Origin: a virus | Lineage: Duplodnaviria; Caudoviricetes | DNA length: 36,849 bases | Strand: one strand, 5' to 3' | IMG/VR virus record: IMGVR_UViG_3300032218_000693 | Span: 1-36,849 of that record | In this document: in pieces, positions 1 through 9,004 of the stretch | Position numbering within the stretch: the stretch's first letter is position 1 | Layout of the letters: the number at the start of each line of letters is the position of its first letter | Translations under genes and position numbers: made by a program | The notes under the pieces: generated by a model | Database searches by the model: none | The model's input: the letters and a program-made list of their open reading frames with translations, nothing else | Told to the model about the DNA's origin: nothing

Positions 1-702
1 GCCGGCGCTATCTCAGACGTAGCCGGTGGAATCTCAGATCTAATTGGTGTAGATAATCCAATCGGTCAAGGTTTCAATGATGCTGCAAATGCGTTAGCTG
101 ACGTAGCCGACGTTGCAGCTGTCGCTGGAAACTTATCACGTGGAGTAAATGCACTTATGGGTAGAGGTCTCGGTGGTTTAGCTTCAACTGCAACCAACAC
201 TCTTGGTGTCGCGGTTGGTGCAGCTGCTTTAGCAGGTGCGTTGAATGGAAGCATGAACAACATCATCAGCGGTGGATTGAATAAGATATTAGGATGTGGA
301 TTAGATGGATTACTTGGAAACGCCGCTTCACTTATTCCTGGAGCTGGTTCAATCATAACGGGTACACTAATGGGCAAATTACCTAGTGTTCCATCTTTAA
401 ATGCAGGTGCTATCACAGCCGGTGCAATTCAAGCTACTAAAGCATTAGCTTTAACTGCTGCAGCGGCTTCAGCTGCTAAGAACATCTTTGGTAAGTCACA
501 AGCCGAAGCAATCGCTGGAATGGTGGGAGCTGCCGCGGGTATCGCTGCACAAGTAGGTTCATATAAGATGATTACACCTTTCGGTGATACTATTCACGCA
601 GTTGCTACGGGTATCGCTATCGCCGACCAAGTGGGTTCATCTATCGGCACTATCGTTCAGGGCAACGCGGCGTTCCCTAACGGTTATGGAAACTTTGGAT
701 AA
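1..702 (+). CDS. 3' part of an Ala/Gly-rich protein upstream of the spike gene (possible gp5-associated hub protein), 5'-truncated by the window
   Basis: Frame 1 is open from base 1 (GCC GGC GCT...) to TAA at 700-702. Product is hydrophobic and Ala/Gly/Leu-rich. It lies directly upstream of the gp5C-like and PAAR genes. Confidence 0.6.
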   Translation, partial: AGAISDVAGGISDLIGVDNPIGQGFNDAANALADVADVAAVAGNLSRGVNALMGRGLGGLASTATNTLGVAVGAAALAGALNGSMNNIISGGLNKILGCGLDGLLGNAASLIPGAGSIITGTLMGKLPSVPSLNAGAITAGAIQATKALALTAAAASAAKNIFGKSQAEAIAGMVGAAAGIAAQVGSYKMITPFGDTIHAVATGIAIADQVGSSIGTIVQGNAAFPNGYGNFG

Positions 703-707
703 TAAAA

Positions 708-1424
708 ATGGCTAAGAAAGTTTCAAATGATAGACTAGCAGATCATCCGGACGCTCCAGATGCTTATCTAAAACATGTTCGTACGTCTGTCGATGGTAGC
801 TACCATATGGTCTCTATTGATCCTGATAATCGTCAAAAGATTGAAGGGTTCTTAACTAGTGACGGCGGCTTCCACGTTAGTTTAACTAAAGGCGACGGTG
901 AAGTAAATCAATCGTCGACTAACGGTGTAAAAACATTTTTTGATAGCGTTACTTCTACTGCGACCGGACACAGTGATAGTAACGTTGGCGGCGGTGAATC
1001 GAGCAGAAACGGACAGGGTGGACACCAAGAAGATGGTGGCGACTCAACTAAAGCTTCTCAAGGAACACAACAAAACGCAACGTCCGACTCAAAGAATGAT
1101 ATAAGCAAAGGCGGCAACGGCAAGCACCAGATGAATGGTGATCAAACGTTCGTCGTAGAAGACGGTGGTATATTTTACAACGTAAATGATTTTAATGTTA
1201 ACGCTTCTAAAACTGTATCGATGGCCGGCCAGGAAGATGTCTTCTTAACTTCTTCGGCTGCATTAGCGGCATACTCGGCAAAAGGTACTGACATCACTTC
1301 TGCTAAAGACATAAATATATCTTCTAGCACTAAGATCACGATTAGTGTTGGAGGTTCGTCTATAGTCATAGAGCCAGATAAGATCACTATCAAGTCTGCA
1401 GCTATTAACTTTGAGAAACCATGA
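708..1424 (+). CDS. gp5 C-terminal/VgrG-like beta-helical spike protein
   Basis: C-terminus ITISVGGSSIVIEPDKITIKSAAINF is typical of the gp5/VgrG spike tip. Gly/Ser/Asp-rich beta-repeats are present. Its stop overlaps the PAAR gene start (ATGA). Confidence 0.7.
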   Translation: MAKKVSNDRLADHPDAPDAYLKHVRTSVDGSYHMVSIDPDNRQKIEGFLTSDGGFHVSLTKGDGEVNQSSTNGVKTFFDSVTSTATGHSDSNVGGGESSRNGQGGHQEDGGDSTKASQGTQQNATSDSKNDISKGGNGKHQMNGDQTFVVEDGGIFYNVNDFNVNASKTVSMAGQEDVFLTSSAALAAYSAKGTDITSAKDINISSSTKITISVGGSSIVIEPDKITIKSAAINFEKP

Positions 1425-1711
1425 TGGCATACTCTCACGTACACGGTAACTCGAGAGCGTGTGGCGCGACTACGATAGTAACTGGACAAGATTTTGTAAA
1501 GATAGAAGGTAAGTTGTGGTCGGTTGATGGTGATAATAATACGGACGGTGGTGGACCTCTATCAACGTCACACGGTTGGTTAAAGATTAACGGCAAGGGT
1601 GTTATAGTACAAGGTGATTCCGCGGCCGGTGATGCATTATGTCCTATTCCCGGCGGAGCTCATTGTGCACCAAATGCTACTGGTTACGATGACTTAGTTC
1701 AAGTATCATAA
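1421..1711 (+). CDS. gp5.4: PAAR-like spike tip protein (T4 gp5.4-like)
   Basis: 96 aa with HGNSRACGATT, V(K)I(E/N)GK repeats and CPIPGGAHC metal ligands. Located between the spike gene and gp25. Confidence 0.8.
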   Translation: MMAYSHVHGNSRACGATTIVTGQDFVKIEGKLWSVDGDNNTDGGGPLSTSHGWLKINGKGVIVQGDSAAGDALCPIPGGAHCAPNATGYDDLVQVS

Positions 1712-1720
1712 GAGAAACAG

Positions 1721-2143
1721 ATGGTTACTAGAGCAGAAAGCATAACTCAGACACAAAAGAAAGCTGAAACTTATTCAGACTTTCCAAGCAGCTTTACAAA
1801 GCATCCTATAACCAAAGAATTAGTTCTTTTAAAGAACGAAGACTCAGTTAAACAAGCTATTAAGAATGCTGTGTTGACTGAAGTCGGCGAAAGATTTTTT
1901 AACCCATATTATGGATGCGGTGTTAGAAAAGTATTGTTCGAAAACTTCGGTCCATTTATGGAAGAAGAACTTATCAGACACATCAATTTGACTGTTAACC
2001 AATTTGAGCCTCGTGTCAATCTTCTTAATATCACTCCCTATGAAGATCCAGAGAATAACTCATTATCAATCAACATCGTTTTTTCGGTAATAAATAATCC
2101 ACAACCGATTTCGTTTACAATTTTCCTTAGAAGAGTCAGGTAA
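1721..2143 (+). CDS. gp25: Baseplate wedge/sheath initiator gp25
   Basis: Motifs YSDF, KNEDSVKQAIKN, GERFFNPYYG and FEPRV. Confidence 0.93.
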   Translation: MVTRAESITQTQKKAETYSDFPSSFTKHPITKELVLLKNEDSVKQAIKNAVLTEVGERFFNPYYGCGVRKVLFENFGPFMEEELIRHINLTVNQFEPRVNLLNITPYEDPENNSLSINIVFSVINNPQPISFTIFLRRVR

Positions 2144-3972
2144 TGGCCAATAATTCGATCACGCTGTCTAGCTTAGACTTTAACACTCTGAAGCAAGAGT
2201 TTAAGAGCTACCTGTCTTCTCAGTCGGCATTCAAAGACTATAATTTCGATAGCTCAAATATGAACGTCCTCATAGACGTTATGACTTATAACAGCTATCT
2301 AAACTCGTTCTATCTCAACATGGTCGCTTCTGAAATGTTTCTTGACTCAGCTCAGAAACTTGACTCAGTCGTGTCACATGCTAAAGAGATGAATTACGTT
2401 CCACAGTCTGCTAAGTCGTCGACATCTATCATCTCATTTGATGTAACTACTTCAGGCATCAATGGTGTATTAGCTATCCCTAAGGGAACAACATTTAGCG
2501 GTACAAATGCGAATGGTGTCTATACATTTGTTACTGATAAGTTACATAATTATACTTCTACCGGCTCAACTTATGCAGTAACAGATCTTACGATTTATGA
2601 AGGTACGTATAACACTGACATCTTTATTATGGACTACTCTGTTGAGAGTCAGAAGTTTGTTTTAACTAATCAACTTATTGATACGAGTAGCATCACTGTT
2701 ACAGTGAACGAGAGTGGTTCAAATACGGTTTATACAGCTGCTGAAACACTCTTTGGTTTAGATCAAAATTCTCAAGTTTACTTCTTACAGGCTGCTCAGA
2801 ACGGTTTGTATGAGATCATATTCGGCGATGGTCTATTCGGTAAGCAACCTGATAATTTAGCTGTGATATACGTTGAGTATCGTGTTTGTCACGGTACGAA
2901 AGCAGATGGTATCACTAATTTTATTTGTACGCGAGACATTGGCGTAGATAATAATGGCTCAGCGGTTTTAAGCACAATCACATTAAATCAAAATTCAACA
3001 GGATCTGCTGAACCTCAATCAATCGAGTCAATTAGATTCTCTGCCCCTCGTTACTTTGCTACACAACAGAGAGCTGTAACGACCGATGACTTCTCAGCGC
3101 TAGTTCTTAATAATTTCGGCGGTCAATTTGATGACGTAACTGTCTATGGCGGTGAGACTTTAGAGCCTAAACAATATGGTCGTGTAGTTGTAGCTCTTAA
3201 GCCAGCAGGTGGAACTGTCGCTCCACAATACTTGAAGGATGATGTTTCTTCTTTCTTAAAGAATTACACTTCTCTTCCGACTCGTGTTATTGTTTCGGAT
3301 CCGGAATATTACTATGTTGGTATCAATACACGAGTACAATATAATAAACAAGCTACGACAAAGATTTCTTCTGAGATCAAGAGTATCATTAGAGATACTA
3401 TCTCAATGTTTAATACTACTAACTTAGCTAAGTTTGGTAACGATTTTCGCTACTCAAAGTTTGTAGCTTCAATTGATAATGCTGATGCGAGTGTTACTAG
3501 CAATGACACTGACGTTTTTATCGTTAAAAGAATCTCACCAACATTAAATTATGCAACTTCTTATACGATTCCATTCAATAATCAAGCTGAAGTTGAAGTT
3601 GAGTCGCCAGGTTATACAAAAATTAATGCTTTAAGTGATGAACCTATGCTTTCGTCGACTGGCTTTACGTATGTCGACACTAATAATGTTGAGTGGGCCA
3701 ATTGTTATTTTAGAGATGATAACCTTGGTGTTATCCTTATCTACACAGTAATAAAAGGTAAGTTTACTATCTTAAATAGAAACGCTGGTACTATTAATTA
3801 CGCTACTGGTCTAGTAAAGCTTAAAGCGTTTAAGACTTCATATTATGATCAGTACATCGCTATCAAGTTTGTACCAGCTGCTAAAGATATTATTGTTAAT
3901 GATAACAGTATCTTATTGATTGATATCAATAGCCCAGACGTAACAGTTGAAGTAATCGAGACTATCAAGTAA
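2143..3972 (+). CDS. gp6: Baseplate wedge subunit gp6
   Basis: Motifs LDFNTLK, FKDYNFDSS, EMFLDSAQ, FGDGLFG and QQRAVT..D. 609 aa; follows gp25. Confidence 0.95.
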   Translation: MANNSITLSSLDFNTLKQEFKSYLSSQSAFKDYNFDSSNMNVLIDVMTYNSYLNSFYLNMVASEMFLDSAQKLDSVVSHAKEMNYVPQSAKSSTSIISFDVTTSGINGVLAIPKGTTFSGTNANGVYTFVTDKLHNYTSTGSTYAVTDLTIYEGTYNTDIFIMDYSVESQKFVLTNQLIDTSSITVTVNESGSNTVYTAAETLFGLDQNSQVYFLQAAQNGLYEIIFGDGLFGKQPDNLAVIYVEYRVCHGTKADGITNFICTRDIGVDNNGSAVLSTITLNQNSTGSAEPQSIESIRFSAPRYFATQQRAVTTDDFSALVLNNFGGQFDDVTVYGGETLEPKQYGRVVVALKPAGGTVAPQYLKDDVSSFLKNYTSLPTRVIVSDPEYYYVGINTRVQYNKQATTKISSEIKSIIRDTISMFNTTNLAKFGNDFRYSKFVASIDNADASVTSNDTDVFIVKRISPTLNYATSYTIPFNNQAEVEVESPGYTKINALSDEPMLSSTGFTYVDTNNVEWANCYFRDDNLGVILIYTVIKGKFTILNRNAGTINYATGLVKLKAFKTSYYDQYIAIKFVPAAKDIIVNDNSILLIDINSPDVTVEVIETIK

Positions 3973-6188
3973 TGCAATTCTCAGTAGAAAAGAAGATATC
4001 GAATTTTATTGAGTCTCAGTTTCCTCAGTTCTATTTGGACGAGGGAGATAACTTTGTAACGTTCGTAAAAGCTTACTACGAGTGGATGGAGTCTGCAGGT
4101 AATCCAGTTGCAGAAAGTAGAAATCTTTTTGACTACAGAGATATTGATAATACGCTCGATCAGTTCTTAGAACACTTTCAACGTAAGTATCTTTACGGTA
4201 TCCCATTCAACGTTATCATCAACAAACAATTTCTATTAAAGCATATCCTCGATGTGTATCGTTCAAAAGGTACGCTTCAATGTTATAAGCTTCTATTCAG
4301 ACTAATCTACAACGAAGATGTTGACATCTATCTTCCGGGTGAAGATGTTTTACGTTTGTCAGATGGTACTTGGAAACAACCACTCTACCTTGAAGTTTCT
4401 GATAGTAATATAACACCATCATATGTTGGTAAGCGTATCATAGGTCTCGGTTCAAAGACTACGGCTACCGTTGAGAATTACTCTAAAGAACCGATCAACG
4501 AAAACATTATTTGTACACTTCAGTTAAGTTCTATCTTACCACGTGGAGGTACATTCATCAGAGGTGAGAAGATTCTTATTGAACAAGATGTTAGTAATGG
4601 CGCTTCACTTCTAGCTGCACCTATCATCATTGGTTCTCTAGCTTCACTCGAAATTGATAATGGCGGCCAAGACTTCTTGTTAGGTGATCAGATTAAGATC
4701 GCTCATCGTGATCCATCAACAGGTGATCTAATCTCATACGGTGTTGATGGCATTCTTAAAGTTGTTCAAACAACTGGTGCGAATGGGCTCTTAAACTTTA
4801 AGATCGCACAAGGAGGTTTTGGTGTAACCCCTAATGCACAGATCTTTATCTATAAATCAAATGCTAATGGTTCGGGCGCATCGTTTGATCTCGGTGCTTT
4901 ATCATACTCTCAGAACATTCAGTATAACACAGACTTTTTAACTGACTATCTCGATAAGCCTATCAATTCTGCAACGTATGGATTTCCTGCTAATACGTCA
5001 GCTAACTCAGCTTCAACTATAAGCGACGTATTAAGTTACGCCAATCAATATTTCGGTACTCTAGCTACTTTATCAAATGTTAAGACTGGTCACGATTATA
5101 ACGCTAATCCGGATATCTTTATTAGAAGCACTAAAGATACATTAAATAACTTAACCGGTAACGTATCATATAGCACGAGTTCTAATACTGTAACTGGTGC
5201 AAACACAGATTTTACACGTTACTTCAATACTACTTCACAGAACGTAATCTTATTACAAGCTAATAGCTCGAATAACAGTACTAAAGAGTATCAAGTTATT
5301 AAGCAAGTTGTTAATTCAACATCACTGGTACTTTACGGTCCTCCACATTATAACTCAACAACATCTGCAACGCATAAGCTTTCTCCGGTTATCTTACCAT
5401 CTAACTTTGCAACATATGAATCTTATATGATACGTATTGATGGAACTGTAAACGGAAGAAATACGTTAGTTACAGCTAATCCTATTACCGGTAATGGTGT
5501 AGTAAGCAAAGTTATTGCTGTGAACTCTGGTAGAGGTTACATTCAAGATGAAAATGTAACTGCGTATCTTTACGCAGGATTGAATCCACTGACGATTCTC
5601 AACGGTGGCACTGGTTACTCTAACGGCGATGTTATCATCTTTTCAAACGGTGGTAACAACGAGAAAACTGCTAGAGGATATGTGACAACTAATGGTAGCG
5701 GTGTTATCACCAGCACTACGTTAGATTATGCTGGTTCTGGTTATACTAAAGTTCCTTACATCTCAGTGAGAACTAAAACTGGCACCGGCGCTATATTGAC
5801 CACATCTATCAACGAGTTTAATCTAACTGCAGCGGTTACCGGTAAAGTTAAGAAAGCCGGTTTAGGTAAGAAGTTAGGTTACTGGGATTCAGATAGAGGC
5901 TTCTTAGATTCTAATAAATATATTCAAGATAGTTATTTCTACCAAGATTTCTCATATCAGATTAGAACTGCTGCTACTCTTGACAGATATAAGAACATCT
6001 TGTACAAAACATTTCATACTGCGGGTAATGAGCTTTTTGGTGAGTATCTTAAAGTTAGTACCGAAGCAACGAACTTTGGAATCGGTGAAGAGTCAACTGC
6101 GCCGCTTTTCGTTCTTCCGGCTTATATAACGATCGATGATACTACATTACGCGTTGACAGTTCATATTTCACAGTTGATCAACTCTAA
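3972..6188 (+). CDS. gp7: Baseplate wedge initiator gp7-like
   Basis: N-terminus SQFPQFY..FVKAYYEWME and YRSKGT..LFRLIYNE. C-terminus IQDSYFYQDFSY..H.AG..FG. Position after gp6. Confidence 0.85.
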   Translation: MQFSVEKKISNFIESQFPQFYLDEGDNFVTFVKAYYEWMESAGNPVAESRNLFDYRDIDNTLDQFLEHFQRKYLYGIPFNVIINKQFLLKHILDVYRSKGTLQCYKLLFRLIYNEDVDIYLPGEDVLRLSDGTWKQPLYLEVSDSNITPSYVGKRIIGLGSKTTATVENYSKEPINENIICTLQLSSILPRGGTFIRGEKILIEQDVSNGASLLAAPIIIGSLASLEIDNGGQDFLLGDQIKIAHRDPSTGDLISYGVDGILKVVQTTGANGLLNFKIAQGGFGVTPNAQIFIYKSNANGSGASFDLGALSYSQNIQYNTDFLTDYLDKPINSATYGFPANTSANSASTISDVLSYANQYFGTLATLSNVKTGHDYNANPDIFIRSTKDTLNNLTGNVSYSTSSNTVTGANTDFTRYFNTTSQNVILLQANSSNNSTKEYQVIKQVVNSTSLVLYGPPHYNSTTSATHKLSPVILPSNFATYESYMIRIDGTVNGRNTLVTANPITGNGVVSKVIAVNSGRGYIQDENVTAYLYAGLNPLTILNGGTGYSNGDVIIFSNGGNNEKTARGYVTTNGSGVITSTTLDYAGSGYTKVPYISVRTKTGTGAILTTSINEFNLTAAVTGKVKKAGLGKKLGYWDSDRGFLDSNKYIQDSYFYQDFSYQIRTAATLDRYKNILYKTFHTAGNELFGEYLKVSTEATNFGIGEESTAPLFVLPAYITIDDTTLRVDSSYFTVDQL

Positions 6189-6199
6189 GGGACCGTAAA

Positions 6200-7435
6200 G
6201 TGGCAAAACAAACTATCAACATCGGTACAGCGCCAAATGATGGAACTGGTGATACGCTCCGTGGAGCATTCGTTAAAGTAAATGGTAACTTCGACGAGCT
6301 CTATAGTAACGTTGTTTTTGATACTAATCTTGCAGCTAACCTAGCTCTTTATCAGACACTAGCAGGTTTAGCTGCAAATGTTGCTTTGATCACCGCAAAT
6401 GCTGCAGGATTCATCGGTACATTACCAGCCGCTAACGTAGTCTCAAACGCTCAGCTATCTGCTAACTTAAGTAACTATCAGACACTGGCCGGTCTATCTG
6501 CAAACGTTGCTTTAATAACCGCAAACGCAGCTGGATTCATTGGTACTCTCCCCGCTGCTAACGTAGTCTCAAACGCTCAGCTATCTGCTAACTTGGCAAA
6601 CTATACGAACACGGCTGGATTATCTTCAGTCATCGCAGTAAACACTGCTAATAACACATCATTCGTAGGTTCAGTTTCTGCGGCTAACGTAGTCTCAAAC
6701 GCACAGCTATCTGCTAATCTTTCAAACTATCAAACACTCGCCGATCTTGCTGCAAACGTAGCTTTAATTACGTCTAATAACGCTACTTACTTCAATGGTC
6801 AGAACGCAGCGTATTACACTAACGCCGCGTTACTTACGACTGGCACTCTTCCATACGCTCGTCTACCATCTGGTATCGTTAATACGTCAGCGGCTTTCAC
6901 ACTCGCTAATGTTATAACATTTTCCGCAAACGTTGTTCTTGGTCAGAGTCTCTCTGCGAATGGTGGATTCGGAACAACTGGTCAAGTACTAACTGTTAAT
7001 TCAACCGGCGGCGTATACTGGGCATCTGCATCGGCTGGCGTCAACACGGCTGCACAATATACATTCTCCAATACAATTACGATTAGTACGGCGGTGTTTA
7101 ATGGTACCGTAAGTACAGCACAAGCAAATATGCAAAGTCAAACATTAACTGACGGTACAAATATCGTATGGGATACATCTAATGGTCAGATCGCTACTGT
7201 AACACTCGATGGTAATAGAGCACTTTCTAACCCAACAAACTTAAAAGTAGGTACGTATATTCTTTATGTTTATCAAGATAGTACTGGCAGTAGAACATTA
7301 AGTTGGGGAACTAAGTTTAAGTGGACTGCGGGTGTAGCTCCAGCGCTAACAACAAACGCAAACGCACTTGATGTATTCACATTTGCTTCAGATGGCACGA
7401 ATCTTTATGGTTCATTCTTGCCGAATGTAAGGTAG
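6200..7435 (+). CDS. gp9/gp10-N-domain short fibre with 42-aa repeats and a shared C-terminal domain
   Basis: GTG start. MAKQTINIGTAPNDGTGDTLRGAFVKVNGNFDELY is the T4 gp9/gp10 N-terminal signature. The C-terminal 98 aa are homologous to those of 24701..25804 and 25838..26284. Confidence 0.8.
   Translation: MAKQTINIGTAPNDGTGDTLRGAFVKVNGNFDELYSNVVFDTNLAANLALYQTLAGLAANVALITANAAGFIGTLPAANVVSNAQLSANLSNYQTLAGLSANVALITANAAGFIGTLPAANVVSNAQLSANLANYTNTAGLSSVIAVNTANNTSFVGSVSAANVVSNAQLSANLSNYQTLADLAANVALITSNNATYFNGQNAAYYTNAALLTTGTLPYARLPSGIVNTSAAFTLANVITFSANVVLGQSLSANGGFGTTGQVLTVNSTGGVYWASASAGVNTAAQYTFSNTITISTAVFNGTVSTAQANMQSQTLTDGTNIVWDTSNGQIATVTLDGNRALSNPTNLKVGTYILYVYQDSTGSRTLSWGTKFKWTAGVAPALTTNANALDVFTFASDGTNLYGSFLPNVR
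6431..6720 (+). repeat. 126-nt (42-aa) tandem coding repeats, ANVVSNAQLSANL.NY...
   Basis: GCTAACGTAGTCTCAAACGC(T/A)CAGCTATCTGCTAA starts at 6431, 6557 and 6683, a period of 126 nt. Confidence 0.9.
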
Positions 7436-7446
7436 GATAAAGTTTT

Positions 7447-8994
7447 ATGGGTAAGCTTTTACCAGGATTTAGAAAATCATTAGTTGACGAGATTCAGATC
7501 GGTATCACGTCAAACACTTCTCACTATTATGCTTTTGCATCTAATCCAGTGGCACATACGGGTAACACGCCTGTAGTAACTGCTGATGATTACTCTAATC
7601 TTTTTAAGAGTAACTGGACGATGCTTTTTGCTAAGAAGCTTCTCGCTAATAACATGTATGCGATGATTGATAGAAACGACTGGACATCAAACACAGTCTA
7701 CACGCGTTATGATGATAGAGTCGATTTAAGTAACTCTGAATACTACGTAATTACTGAACCTACGACTGCTTCGGGCTACTACAACATTTATAAATGTATC
7801 GATAACAATGGTAATAGTGCTTCAACGGTTAGACCTACACTAGTTCAACCTGACAGCTTCACAACTTCAGATGGTTATATCTGGCGTTATATCACATCTA
7901 TCGATTACGTAACATATGCTCGTTACACGACTACAAAATACTCACCTGTAACTTCTAACTCGACTATCATTTCTACTGCGTTTAATTACTCAGGAGTTGA
8001 AGCTCTAGTGGTTGCTAATGGTGGTTCTGGATATCAAGCTTATCATGACGGTACGATCAACGGACTCATCGATCCATTCACTATTCAAGTAGCTAATGAC
8101 GCGGTAGGTGTATCTAACTACTATGTAAACAACAGTATCTATCTTTATGATACTAATGCTGGCACAGCTCAGCTTAGAAACATTACCGCTTATACTTCTC
8201 AGATTGGTATCGGTAACTTTGTCACACTCGACAAAGCCGTAAACACACAGCTATTCACAGCTTTAAGCAGTGCTTATAAGATTAGTCCTCAAGTATACTT
8301 TGAGACCGATGCTTCATCTAAACCTAAAGCGTATAGTGTTATCAATACTACTTCTAACTCAATCGCGAGTATCGTCGTGGTTGATCCAGGAACTGCACTT
8401 TCTTGGGCAAATGTTGCGATCATTAGTAATAGTTCTTATGGTTCAGGCGCTAACGTTAGAGCTATCATTCCTCCTCCCGGCGGACACGGCTACTCACCGG
8501 CTTCTGAGTTGAATGCTAAGGGAATAGGTTTCTCATTCACATTTGCTAACACTGAGTTAGGATCTATCTCGACTGACTTAACATACGATAGAATCGGAAT
8601 CGTGAGAAATGTTTATGGGTTGGAACAAGATGGTTCTGGCGCTAACACATCTACCTTAGTTAATACTAACACTATCAATCAAGTCTTGATGGCTAATATC
8701 ACACCTACGGGCGTTTCTTTCACAGTAGGTGACATGGTAACCGGACAAGACTCCGGTGCACATGGCTTAGTTGTTTACTCTAATAGTACAGTCCTTCACT
8801 TATGTGGAGATAAATACTTCTCGAACAACGAAACAGTAGTTTCAAGCGACGGTACATCATCTGCAGCGATTGAAATAAATACATATGGTGATGCTTACGT
8901 AACAGACGTTTATCCACTATATGTACAAAATATTGATAATGTTGTCCGCGCGAACAACCAGTCCGAAACATTCAAGCTGATCATAGAGCTTTAA
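7447..8994 (+). CDS. gp8: Baseplate wedge subunit gp8
   Basis: Motifs R.DWTSNTVY..YDD, IYKCIDNN, SDGYIWRY, IIPPPGGHG and a C-terminal Q.ETFKLIIEL. Confidence 0.88.
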   Translation: MGKLLPGFRKSLVDEIQIGITSNTSHYYAFASNPVAHTGNTPVVTADDYSNLFKSNWTMLFAKKLLANNMYAMIDRNDWTSNTVYTRYDDRVDLSNSEYYVITEPTTASGYYNIYKCIDNNGNSASTVRPTLVQPDSFTTSDGYIWRYITSIDYVTYARYTTTKYSPVTSNSTIISTAFNYSGVEALVVANGGSGYQAYHDGTINGLIDPFTIQVANDAVGVSNYYVNNSIYLYDTNAGTAQLRNITAYTSQIGIGNFVTLDKAVNTQLFTALSSAYKISPQVYFETDASSKPKAYSVINTTSNSIASIVVVDPGTALSWANVAIISNSSYGSGANVRAIIPPPGGHGYSPASELNAKGIGFSFTFANTELGSISTDLTYDRIGIVRNVYGLEQDGSGANTSTLVNTNTINQVLMANITPTGVSFTVGDMVTGQDSGAHGLVVYSNSTVLHLCGDKYFSNNETVVSSDGTSSAAIEINTYGDAYVTDVYPLYVQNIDNVVRANNQSETFKLIIEL

Positions 8995-9004
8995 GGGATA
9001 AGAT

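Noticed and set aside
708-3972. T6SS, eCIS or tailocin locus (VgrG-like, PAAR, gp25)
   Set aside because: T4-type gp6/7/8, neck gp13 and late-promoter boxes indicate a T4-like phage.
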